Below, in pieces: positions 12,713 to 25,100 of a DNA stretch of 64,000 bases. Each line of letters opens with the position of its first letter. The stretch's first letter is position 1. The position numbers and the translations under genes were made by a program. The notes under the pieces are model-generated. The model was not told the DNA's origin, searched no databases, and was given only the letters and a program-made list of their open reading frames with translations. Source of the DNA: Blasia pusilla. Taxonomy: Eukaryota. The stretch covers positions 43,772,001-43,836,000 of the forward strand of contig CM114271.1 of NCBI GenBank assembly GCA_050084515.1. The letters run 5' to 3'.

Positions 12713-13976
12713 TTTGTGCGCATTCACATCGCTATACAATCCACATTATGGGTTACATCTACATCACACAACACCAATCTTCCCAACACATGGATAGATC
12801 CACACACATACATACAAAAATGAACTCATGCATATACATCGAGATCACACAATCGCCCCTCTAGTTGACGATTGGGGGGGGGGGGGGGGCAATTGTCCCT
12901 AACTCTAGATACATCACATCTACCTAACATGATCTACTACTTTATATACATATAGCACTGTCAGTGTTTGTCATACACGTAATATCTCCCAACACATGCT
13001 CGCCCTCGGATCCATCTCATCTATCTCCACCTAGAGATTTCAATGCATGTGTATGTCATCTTGCAATACTACAGCTAACCCCCGTTTTGATCAATATCCC
13101 TCCAAAGAGATCTAATACTCTTGCATCCTCCTTTCGATGCTACCAACAACTCTCTTGGCTAACTAACACCACATATGAATGCTGCCAACGTGGTTATTGT
13201 ATCATTGTCTGGTCAACCACCTCATCCTACAAATGGCACGGGTAACTGACTCGGCTGGCCATCGCTTAATTGCCACCCTCACCGTAAGGCCACGGTCTCC
13301 TCCCAAAAATCAAGCATGAATCCTAGCGGATGTAGCACTATACTCCCCATCAATACATTTTACGACTCTATTGGTGTCATAATCGTACAAGTGCGCACCA
13401 AAGCATTATCTGTCGCATGCTCTGACTGGACTCTAATAACAACCTCATGTCGAGTCATGTATTGCGTAGGAGCCACATCCCCAACAGAGGTGTGTATCTC
13501 AAAGGGAGAAGGCTCAATATTGCCTTTCCGTAACCCCGACACCAAACATGACGCCTTCCCTAATATCAAGGGATGCACTCCCAAATCAAGTAGGACATGC
13601 TGTAGATAATACATTGTACCTATGGGACAAACCAAAAAATACACTCAAGCTTGGTTCTCCAATAACTCCACACGTGGTGTCACCATGGCTTGCTCTATCG
13701 CTGGCCTAGTTGACATATCTACCAACTTCACCATCCCAACTTGCCATGAGTGGATGGGGGATGTCTCCAGCATTTGGTGAGAGGGTAGGTCCACCACATC
13801 CTCACCAACCACCTCCGAATGAGAGGAAGTCATGTCTCCACGCTCAAATAACGTGGCAGCAATACGGAACACCTCCGTTCGTCTAACTCCCGATATCGCC
13901 AAATCCATCGTAGAAAAAAATGGAGCTTGGCTCACCCTACTAGCCTTCTTCATCAAGGAGGTTGAAATTTGCTCAC

Positions 13977-14060
13977 TCAATCCAACATAGAAGTCACCTC
14001 TCCAACTTCTCATGATCGACATCATGAGAAGTTGGAGAGGTGACTTCTATGTTTGATTGA
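13977..14060. repeat. Near-perfect inverted repeat (33-bp perfect stem, 4-nt loop, extends to about 40 bp)
   Basis: 13984-14016 AACATAGAAGTCACCTCTCCAACTTCTCATGAT, loop CGAC, and 14021-14053 is the exact reverse complement. Confidence 0.95.
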
Positions 14061-14725
14061 TGATTGGTGTAGATGAGGTCCGGTTGAGATTGATCATGGG
14101 CACCCTTGATTGTCTAGGCCCTATTGATGGGGTGTGAAGTGCCTCCGACAATGTAAAAGATTGTGGACCCCTGTCCTATCGCCCATCGGTCCCCTCCTAT
14201 AGGTCAATCTCAACCTGACCTCTCTATGGCTTGGTCACTCTCATAACACTCCGAGTCACCACCGCAACAATCTCTACCTGAGTCGCACTACACATAAATC
14301 TCAACCGAGTGTAATCCTCCCGTGTATCCTGATCCAACGTGGACGTTGGAGCTAAAGTAGCTACTGCCAGATCCTAATCTGTCATTGGCTGTATCATTGA
14401 CATGAGATCAATCCTCTGCTCCAATTGATCAATGCAAGTGAGGAGAGTTGCATCATGCACGTTCTCCACCTCCTCTGATTGATAGTGGAAGGCTAAAACC
14501 ATGATCTTCAACTCCATGACCTTGATCCTCTCTTGCCTCTTTGGCCTACCTGTGGATTTAGCTCGTGGCAAAGATTAAATCACCTATCTGTAGTGTGACC
14601 ATATTGGTGACAATGGTCACACTACAACTGTGGTGGGGCTATCCTAAGTGGCTCTTGAACAATCAAAGGCGCTCTCCGCCCTCTATCATATGGGAAGTCC
14701 CTCTACCTATGGGACCCACCATATA

Positions 14726-15732
14726 TATAGCGATCCTCATAACCAAACGAGTGCCAAGCGGAACATCAGAACTCTAGTGGGCTAACGCTAGGATAGTTTA
14801 CGCATTGCAGAGGTCTCTTGAAGGAGACACAAGATATGAGACGCGAACAAGGTTGAGTGTTTCATGCATTTATGGTTGTGAACAAGAAACCTAAACCAAA
14901 AATAAACTAAGACTTGAGAGACGTTGAGTCTAGGAAGAGTGGTTGCCAAAGAGGTGAGAATCGGATTTGGAACGTGACTAGCGTTTGAGATTTTGACTGT
15001 ATTTTGGACCATAACTTTTAGTCTCAAGATGTATTTGGCACAAGTAAGATGGCATTGGAAAGCTTATGCAAAGCCACTTCTAACGCACTAAAGATCTTAA
15101 TAAAAGCACTTGCATAAGAGTTGGGTTGAGGGCCAAAACAAGGGGCCTGAGAGTCTTTTCTCAAAATGTAGGGGGAGAGCGGAGAACCCCAAAAGTACTA
15201 GTAAGGGCGGAGGTCTTTAAGAATTCTTGGGACTCAAACCCCTCTTTGGGGCGCCGCGGGGAAAATCAAAGGTACAGAATGGATTGGGAGTTTGGCATTG
15301 GAAATTTAAATATAAACCAAGTCCAATAAAGTGGATTTCAAAGGTCCCTCTAGGATTCCAACCCAAAACTCATTTAAGTGGATCTCAAGTAGGGGCTCAT
15401 GCAAGGTCCATTGAACAGTTGGGACCGCCAAGCATATGATCGTTGTTTTAGGTGCGTGGACTATCCAAAAGGTCTATCCCAACTCTCGGAAGACTTGCTC
15501 GTGTTGAGAAGTGAGGAACTAGGAAGGTTGAGCTTGATGAAGTTTGCGAGTTCAGAACTCGGTTAGTTGGAAGGATGATTGACCTAGACCAAGCTAATGT
15601 GAGTGTGTTTGAGTGCAGATCAGCAACAAGAGCATGTCCTATTGAACGTACACTTCCGCAACACTAAAGATCGATGTTCAAGAGATCGATGCGCATGACA
15701 ATAGATCCAAAAACGTCGGTCCCGGCTCGCCA
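14726..15732. mobile_element. Solo LTR (~1 kb) nested in the zinc knuckle of Gypsy copy 2, with 5-bp TSD ATATA
   Basis: ATATA occurs at 14721-14725 and 15733-15737. The termini are TATAGCGA...TCGCCA (decayed TG...CA). Removing the insert restores a CxxCGGSH-like knuckle remnant. It is homologous to 41750-42640. Confidence 0.75.
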
Positions 15733-17664
15733 ATATATGTCAGTATCGGTCGTTGCCTATTGAGCTTACGCTAATCTTTGGGTACAATGCCCCGCTCTCA
15801 AGACAATGATGCATGGTTGGCACCTATAGGGCTCTTGCCAGTGGTTGTGAATCTTTTGACTCTCGGGGAAATCCTGTGGTCACAACCTGATCCTCACTCA
15901 TGTTGAACTTAATTCGCTTAGACAACTCGAAGACCACCTTCAATATGGGCTTCACCGTGTGAAGCAAGATCACATATTGGACTATCCTTTGCGGCTCTCG
16001 GTCCAAATCCTCGTATCCATACTGTATTGACTATGCCTCAATCACCCAATGTGTGGCAATGATCAATCGTCGCATCGGCGTGAATACCACTCTCAGACTC
16101 TCGCCCGATCTCCACTCAAAATCCTGTAGTCTCTTTAGTTTCTGGTCTGTACGCCCTTGTAGCTCCTCCGAAATTGTCGGAAGAACTCCAATGTAGGACT
16201 AAAACTCGATGGTGCTCTAGCACCAAAGGTCTTTACCACCTCACCGCCTTCATTGCCATCATCTCCATCTAGTCCGTGGTCTGATGATGTTGGCCTATCC
16301 CCTCTTATTACCCCATCATACACCTCGTAGCCACTAGTGGACACATACCGAGGAGCCCAATGCATACTCCAAGCACTAATCTCTATTACGTGTAGAGATT
16401 GAAATTCTCGATAGTCATTCATCCGAGGACCCTCTAATTGGTGGAACAAACCCTTCCACGCGATGAAAGGATCAAACCGCGTAGGGGCTCGCATCTCCCG
16501 GAAGTCACATCATGTGTGGAAATCTTGGGTGAAGTCGTTGAGATCAATGGTACCTACCGCACCCGAGAAATGACGCATGCCGGGGTGGCTTACGTCATCT
16601 ATCTTCCTCCATGTGACATTGTCTTTGTGTGCGATCTCATCACAAGACCCAATGTCTAGTGATGATGATCCAGCCATGGATGGGAGTCGGGGTGATTCCT
16701 CACTTGAAACCCCTCCACTCCATGTAACTTCACTACCACTACTCGGGCACTCCCCAACATTCTACTTCTGTCCTAAGTTAGTTTGCCCCAACAAAACTTG
16801 AGAAAAACAAACAACGGATCGATGCACAACTTTCCACACGAAAAATTGAGAAAGTGACATAAACATTGTGTCACTCCTCAGAAAGACAACTTGTCCGCCG
16901 ACCTACATATAACGAAGCCTTTAATAATAATGAGCAGTTCCCTCCCTCCTATTGCCACGTATTCTTCTAGTGGCATTTGGGTGCGAAGTCAATTTGGAGG
17001 GCAAAATGCTAGTTATTTTGGCGTACCTTCTCTTATTTGTCGGATGTAATGGAGATGTGAGACTATTCTCACTCCGCGTGAATGGAAACATGAGCGTACT
17101 CACTCCTCGTCTCCCCTCTCAATTCCATTCTATTCTCTCCATGCCTAGTGTTAGTGTTTCCTCCATGCCGTGTTGGTGTTTCCTCCACTTTCTTAGTGCT
17201 CTCTATGTTATTACCTCCACACCTAAATTGCTCCATACCGTGTTAATTTCTTTTTTGATTTTGGTTTAAAAAAACCCAAAAACCGTTGGTTGCAATTTTG
17301 CATGTTCGTTTTAGGGTCTTAAAATAAGTAAGTACGTCCGTGTGAAAGCGAAAGCCCCTCGTGGTTTAATTTCGGGTGGATGACGTTGTGCTGCGGGGCT
17401 CCGTTCTTTTGTTGTTGGACCTTATCCTTTCGCTTCCTTTCTACCGTCGGGCTCCATCTATCGCTGTGTGATTGTAAGCGTCGAGAATTCTCAACACGTG
17501 AGGCACTGCGAGGAGGGCACAGTTAGCAGCTATGGCAGCGTTGCACGCGACAACGAGGAGCGTTGCGGCCGCAACATCGTGCTTTGTGGCTTCAAATTCT
17601 TCACGACAGCTGCTGGATTCACCTGCGTCCGTATGCGTGGCCAGTCCTAGCGGGCTTTACACTT

Positions 17665-18400
17665 CAGGTAGAAGGCTGTAGAATGCTGCCGCGTTGGGAT
17701 TTGGAGAAGACCGTGAATTCGGTTTGCGTTTGCAAGAAGTGGCGAGTCCGTGGAATTTGTATGCTGATTTGTTGACAGTTTCGTAGGAGATTCTGGTTCC
17801 TGTGCCCCCGGCTTTCTCTTCTTCATGTTCTTTGGTGCTCCGTCAGTGTGGTTAGCTCGGGTTTCTAGTAGGCTCGGTTGCAGCTTTGAAGAGTTTATTG
17901 ATAGGTTCCAATTTTGAGATTGGATCTCGTTACCAATCTCACATGTTACCGAAGAAGTCCCGAGAGATATTTGAAAGAAGGCGTCATCCCAACAACTATC
18001 TGCTCTTTTTGGAAATATTTTGGCCAGGGACATCCCGAAACCCAAGTACAAGAGTTTGTGAATTGTGGGACTCTGACCTCCGGTGGGCATGCATTCTGGC
18101 AGTGAGATGTGGAAGGGGCGATTCCCGAACAGCGAAAGGCAAAAGGTTTAAAGGCTCATTCGGAAATGTAAGTATGCCGCGTCGACACTCTTGAAGCGTA
18201 CTGCCCGTTCCAAGTGTCTGATTATGTTGTTTGTCACGAGTTGGAGAAAAATTTGAGAAGCAATTGCCACCGTGGGTGTATTGTGAGACAATGTGAATCG
18301 GTATACGTCCTAGTTGTCAGCAGGACTGCCAGACTTCTGAAATCTGCATATTTCTCATGAATTGCGAACATGCAGGCACGACCCAAGGACTCAACGAAGG
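17665..18400 (+). pseudogene. Probable F-box (LRR-type) pseudogene
   Basis: LPRWDLEKTVNSVCVCKKW is F-box-like and is followed by a stop. Downstream segments have splice-like sites but no continuous frame. Confidence 0.35.
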
Positions 18401-19767
18401 GTAGGGGTTTGGGTACTACTCCTATGCCTCCAAGGCCTCCAAAGAAGGACGAGTTTGACGATGGAGAATACATTCAAATCGATCTCGATGAGACACTTTT
18501 TGTAAACTAGGATTTAGATAGGAGGCACGTATCTCTAATTGGTTTCCGAAAGACGGCAGAAATTTAGGGTTTAAACTTATGTAGATTGACTGGAATGACT
18601 GTGTTCTGAAACAATACTGCGATGATCTATCTACCTCCATGCGGGGCAGCTGAGCACAGCCAGGGGCCCATACTTGAGCTGGACTTGTGAAGGAGCCATT
18701 CGCTCAGTCATTTAAGGCATCATCTGTTTAAAGGAAGCGCGATAATATTTGTTTCATGATTCATCCAGACGTTTTCTCCCTGTACCTGAGGTAGTAGCTT
18801 TCCACGTAAGCTAATTGTGATAGTTGCTACTACCATGGGAATTTTGGTCTTTCATTATTTGCATCGATGCCTTGGTCTGTGAGCATCATTGATCCGGATC
18901 AAACTGAAGATGTCACACGTTGCCCGTAAACCTGGCTATATGTCGTGACGAAATCCCTTTCATACATCGCCAGCAACTGCAATACGGAAGGTGCGACTAT
19001 CCATCACTACATCAACTATCACTAACAGCTCATCACTACACCTTCGTCTGCTTTTGGCTGTTAGGATTTCAACCTGCAAAGATTCTCAGTTGTGCAGCAA
19101 GAAAGAGTGCGGCTTTCTCGTGTGTGTTTGAACGACAGAAAAGAGTTGATTTAGTTTGTGAAGTTCCAAACAAAAGTTTCCAGCTTCTCTGCTTAGGATT
19201 AAGGTCCTGAGGACAAGTAGCCAATCTGTGCCGCGGCACAGATTTGAATTCGTCGTGGAAAACTATTGTCCGAAGGTGACCGTGGGGTTAAAATTGATCA
19301 GGGGCAGGCGTATAGTGAGAATACATACAGGAACTGGTCGTCAGACAAACTGGGCACTAGTCCTTGAGAACTAGCAGGATTTGAAGCTTTGAGCACCTAA
19401 GAGTTTCTGGATAACAGATTGTCTAGTGTGTTTTTGTCATTTTGGTAGTGCTTGCACACTATATCAATTAAGGATTTGAACCACAAGTCACAGGCCATCG
19501 ATTGTAAACTGATCTTAGTACTCATGCTCACAGACGGATTTCGACTCTTGTCGAGGGATCAGCCAGTGTGGTTCTAGTAATTGCTCGCATGAACGAGTCG
19601 GTCCCACCCAAAGATATTCATGAAAATTCGTTTGACGGCAATGCCATATTTGCAGAGGGTCCATGCCAGTTCACCATAGAGACGATGCCCTACCAGAACT
19701 TCTGCAGATAGTCGAGAACCGTCTTCCTTCCTCAGGAAACCGGATCAACTCCTCCTTAAAAGAAGCT

Positions 19768-19860
19768 CATTAAACATGCATGATGGAAACCATCTGACTC
19801 GAAGAGTCAAGTATTCATTAAACATGCATGATGGAAACCACCGACTCGGAGTCAAGTATC
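19768..19860. repeat. Tandem duplication of about 48 bp
   Basis: CATTAAACATGCATGATGGAAACCA..GACTCG..GAGTCAAGTAT occurs twice. Confidence 0.9.
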
Positions 19861-20517
19861 CCAAAACCACAATCGGCCCTCACAAGGAAGGGGAGGGCAT
19901 CCCCCTATTCCTGCTTAAAGGCAACCGGAAGAATCGTCCATTCACATCATACTACTAAGCTCATTAGGTCCTTCTCATGTCCAGGTCCCAAATATTGACA
20001 CGTGGCCAAAGGCTCCACACATATCCGCTTCACACATGTCTACACGTCATTCGTGGAGACAATTTCTTGTATATACTTGCGTTTACTTCGGCAAGTTTAA
20101 ATTCCTGTGAAGAATTTTGAAAGTTTTAAAAAAATTTCAACATAGAGCCATTTTCACTCTCGAAATGCAGGAATATTCGATGGCACCCATTTACATTTAT
20201 GTGTTCACTCTATATTTTGTTATTGAAGGCGCAGTATTTTACCCAAACGCCATATATCCATTGCAAAACGCGTTTTCAATATTCACTTCACGCAGGGTTG
20301 TTCCAACTGAAAATTAGATGATTTGTAATTATTAACAAATTTTTCCCAAATCTATCTCAAAAACTTCCCGCGTTTTCTCAGGTCTTATTCAAACATATGG
20401 GTCACCTCTCTAATTTCTACTATAAAAGGCCACACATTCTTTCGAGCTTCACTTTCTGTTCTACCTCTTATATATCCAGAGTTTTATCCATCGAGTCTAT
20501 TGGGTTCCCAAATTTTG

Positions 20518-21425
20518 ATGTTGGGAGAGAACATCTACCATAACAGTGGACATGCTACAGTTACATTCATATGTAAGACCATACAACAGTTCAATTGCTT
20601 CCAAAACCAACATTCTACCAAAGACAAGGATCCACAAGTAAGTTTCCAATCTTTTACATCCATCTTCAATTTACAAACTTTATTTCTTTTCAGTTGTTTC
20701 TAATCCAAAATGTAATAAAATGCAAGACGACTATCATCTGCAACCTACTTCATGTAAGTGCACTTATTTCGAATCATGACTACCCGCTTCACTGCTCGAA
20801 AATCTATTGTTACGGAAGGAAAGAGCATCTCCAGGGTGCAAGCATCACCAATGTTGAAGCGGACCCAAGAGCGGCACATAGAAGGACCCTCTCGACGGCT
20901 TGGCCAAGAACAACTCTTCAATCTGCAGAAGGACTCTTCATATGCAAAGTATCACTCTCCAATACTTGAAGTCCCCCAGTTCCACGAAGATCACCTATGA
21001 AGGAGATTCATCACTTTAGTAGTACTACTGATGGAGAGTGTGCTTACTCAACGGACTTCGTCTCCAATCTAGCCGATGCAACATCGTCCTTTGAAGATGA
21101 CGATGAATACTATCCAACTCCCGTGCTTCTCAATGCAGAAGACTTGGAATTGTTGCACGGAGGTTCCTTCAGGTACACACATTACAACAAAGGAATGAAA
21201 TCCTACCGAGTAAAACAAGAGCCTTCTGAGATATCTACAAAGACCACTTTCACTCATCCGTCCCCAGATCCAAATGTAGGCACTTTCGGGCCCGACACTT
21301 GTAAGGTTGATCCTTTCCACATGAGCTCCTTTGCGAGTTCAGATGATTTTGGCTCAGATGATTACTTGGTCGATCAGAACGACATCGAAGTTGATGGATG
21401 CTCATCAACCTGCACTCTTGCGTGA
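20518..21425 (+). pseudogene. Disrupted gene of unknown function with an acidic C-terminal ORF
   Basis: TATAAAAG at about 20421, a GT-AG intron at about 20573-20693, and broken frames followed by the acidic ORF 20997-21425. Confidence 0.3.
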
Positions 21426-21921
21426 AGAGTTCTACCAGCATAGATGTCTACTCTAATGTACCGTACATTGGAGTGGACGAGTCCTACTATTCTAGCTTCA
21501 AATATATAAGGAGTCTTACCTGCTGTAATTTTTCATCTGCATTGAAAATACTCTCAGTTGTGTAGTTCAACAATTGTGATTCTCTACTATGGGGAAACTA
21601 TTGTATGACACATTCTACTTGAGGATTTCACTTCCATGTGTACACATTCATTTGGGTACATACAGAAGTGTGTTTATACACACATTGAATTCTGTGTGTG
21701 CATAAACACACTCCCCATGAGACGGTCTACTGCATATCCTGCTACTGATAAAATCTTGAATAAATTCGGAGCTCGAATCCTTCTACTTCTGTTCGAAATA
21801 ATAAGAAATTGAAGGACTAGACTTGGTAGAAGTTAGAAGAAGTATGCAGGATAGGCCCTCTGGAATCCTCAAGTAGCCTTTCAAAATCTGCTGCGCTTGA
21901 AGAATTCCGCCCTCTGAAGTT

Positions 21922-21923
<2 letters not shown>

Positions 21924-21987
<64 letters not shown>
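21924..21987. repeat. (CT)n microsatellite
   Basis: Direct read of the sequence. Confidence 0.95.
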
Positions 21988-21990
<3 letters not shown>

Positions 21991-22199
21991 CATGATTTGA
22001 ATCCATCAATTTTCAATCCAAATCGATCCACATCCATGAAAATTAGCATGCACAATGGCCTGGCCTGTCACAAACAAGTTATCCCGGATTTTGCAAGCCT
22101 CAATCTCTCTCTCACCATCTCTTATCTCTACCTATCTCCACCCATAGCTAGTAGAGCTAGAATAGTACAGTGACATTGACGTCACTTGGTTACTTAATG

Positions 22200-25100
22200 G
22201 TGGTGGTGCGGCATCGGCGTTGGTCATCACGGAGCTGTCTGGTGGTATGGTTGGGGACCGTGGTGTGGACAGTGGTGGTTTTACACGGAGTGGATTGAGG
22301 TATCGACTACCTTTTCCAGTTTGGACGGTTGATGAAGAAGAGGACGAGGGTGTTCCAAACACCGAGTCTTCTACGTTGTTATCGAGAGTTGCAGCTCCAT
22401 TGATTTGGGATATGGACGGGTTATATGGGGCCATGAAGGGCCCACGACCATACTCGAGTGCAGTGAACACCATTGAGTTGGAGGACTTCATTCAGGAGTT
22501 TGATACATGGTGTGATATGCAGATGTTGCGAAATGCCACGTTGTTTACACCCTTCTTGGCTTGAAAGGGGTTGTTTCATCACTTGGAGGGACCACCCATG
22601 GATGATTACCATGAGTTTAGGAAGGACCATGTTGTTGAGATTGAGGCGTGGAGACAATATTGGTCTCCAGGCTATGTGTCTATCACCCATGGTGGTATTG
22701 GTAGTAGTGCTCCTACTATGCCAGCCAGCCCGACGTTGAGTGGTATAAGTACGAGCCAAAGTGGGGATACCAGTGGAGGTACCAGTGGGGGTACTAGTGC
22801 CCCACCATCGTTCATCCCGGTTGCAGAGTTCTTTAAGAGGTTGAAGAAGAACTATCATGGAGTGAAGACACAGAAGTTGAGGAGTCTTCAGGAATTTGAG
22901 CGAAAGACTGGTGAGAGTCTTCGTGAGGCATACACTCGTACGCCACGCTTGATTTCACTTACCCAGGGTGTGACTGAGGCTCAGGCAGTCTAGTTTTAGT
23001 ATGGGATCTTGGACAGAGAGTTGCGCCGCAGGGTACGTGATGTTACTCTTATGAGTGATGATTTATCCACATTGACCCATGTGTTTGCTCTATCTGAGAA
23101 GATTAAGCTTAACATGGTGGAGGAGAGAGTGGTGACATCCGCATTCACTAGGGATACAACTACTACTTCTCGTGTTCAGCAGTCCACCTCACAGTCTCGT
23201 AGTAGTGGTGGTGGTAGTAGTAGTGGGAGTTGTGGAGGGTACACACGACCTCAGTCACGTCCTAGTGGGACACTTGCGCAGAGACCATTGCCTTCATTTG
23301 CTGCCCCGCAGCAAGGACAGTCATGTTGGACATATGGAGATGATCATGTTAGGAGGTTTTGTCCCCAAGAGGATGGGAGACGGACTTTGGAGGATGGGCC
23401 TCAGTCGGCCTCAACTCAGTGTGATCATTGCGGGAGACCATGTCATCCTCAAGAGCGTTGCTTTGATCTTCATCCAGAGTTGAGATCAAGCCGCGGCCGT
23501 GGTGGAGTAGCTCCGAGAGGCCAAGGTGGTAGAGGTGGTAGGGGTGGTAGAGGTGGACCAGTGGTTGGAGAGCCTACGGTGGCTACCCCTACCACTACGA
23601 CAGAGTGAGCTATGGTTGCCAGGATTGAGCAGTTGGAGCATAATTTGGCTACTATGGCTGGTATCCAACATAGAGTAGGTTCGGGAGCAAGGGCTTCCAC
23701 CTCTTATGGAGGGGATAATCTCTCTTATATGGAAAGTGCAACACAAATTGAGGCATCAGCTGCAGTTACGAGAGGAGCCACTCGAGCGTCAGAGCCACGT
23801 GGTGCTACTGTGCAGTTGGACCCACATAAGGGTGAGGCTGGGAGGCCGGCTAGGCTTCCCCAGTCATTCTTGTTGTCTAAGGTGGTTAGGACCCCATCCA
23901 TGGTTCCTACGCAGCCTATTGAGCCTACAGTGGGGACTTAGGCATCTACATCGCGTGCAGTAGACATGGATGCAGCATCCAGTGCAATATTGCGGATGGC
24001 AACTTCAGTGTTGGGATCCCCATTGTTTTCGTCCATGGAGCTGATGCCTTTAGGAGTTGACTTAGCTCATGTATTTCAGCTAGCAGCCACGTTGTGTGAA
24101 CGTGGGGGTGTTATTGCTACATGTGCTGAGGTGGATGAGGGTGTTGCGGTGGAGCGACCCTCTATGTCAGATGTAGCATTGAGTACCAGTGCTACTTGGC
24201 AGGCAGTAGCGGCGAAGATGGATGCATTACCAGCCCGGCCAGCCATTGATCGAGAGAGGCTTACACATGGTGTATATATGTTGGACAACCGGAGTGGGAT
24301 ATTCCGATTGGTGAGTCCTACAAGACAGGTGTATAGACCAGATAGAGTCTTGTTAGACTCTGGTGCCCAACCTTTGATGTTGGGAAAGGCGGCATGTATT
24401 GGTTTGGGTATTCGGAGGTCAGAGCTTGAGCCTTGCCCATTCCAGATTCAAACACCACTTGGAGGAGCCAATGATAGGTCTCAATTTATGGCATAGGAGA
24501 AGTTGTCTGTACAGTTGAGACCAGATCATGCAACTGATAGCTCACGGTTGGGAGTACCTGCAGTGGTCACATCAGCCGAGTCGTATGATGTACTAGTTGG
24601 AGGAGCAGTATTGTACCCGATGGGTTTTCAGATGGACTATTGGACTGAGACAAAGTCTTATAGACCTGGTTGGCAGTCCAGGGATGGAGTTATGAGGCAG
24701 GTTCCTGTGAGATTTATTTATGGGGCTCAACCATGAGGATCTTCCCCAACAGTGTTAGCATCTGTGGCTGGTTTTAGTGGAGTAGTCACTTGGCCAGAGA
24801 TTTTTTGGAGGGTTATCTTTCTGCTATGGATTCTCCTGTGCATGAGGAGGTAGAGGAGGTCCCTAGTTTTGCAGCAGTGGCATCCTCATCGTTGGATGTG
24901 CCACTTTGGAGTTCAGGCGGTGCACTACGGTAGGAGGTGATAAATGCAGTGCGGGGGGGCTTGGTGTGAGGCTGTTATACCTCACGAGGAAGAGGAGGCC
25001 CCACGGCGGACTCCTACTTTTGGTCCAGTTGGGTTATCCCCTTTGGATACTACACCCATTGTATGGCAGTATCCGCCGGAGGGCATTTGTGTGTTAGATC

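Larger units (their letters stand above)
12200..16800 (-). mobile_element. Second, internally deleted copy of the DNMT-carrying Gypsy (gag, zinc knuckle, protease, MTase motifs I-II, 3' LTR-like end)
   Basis: 16135-16494 PFIAWKGLFHQLEGP matches the gag of copy 1. 13360-13644 VLLDLGVHPLILGK is the protease. About 13121-13015 reads RVLDLFGGI..GLAVVLQDDIHMH*NL*VEIDE (MTase motifs I-II). A PPT-like AGAGGGGCGAT followed by TG lies at about 12862-12850. Confidence 0.85.

Noticed and set aside
21783-22055. ORF with an (ER)n repeat
   Set aside because: It is a translation artefact of the (CT)n microsatellite.
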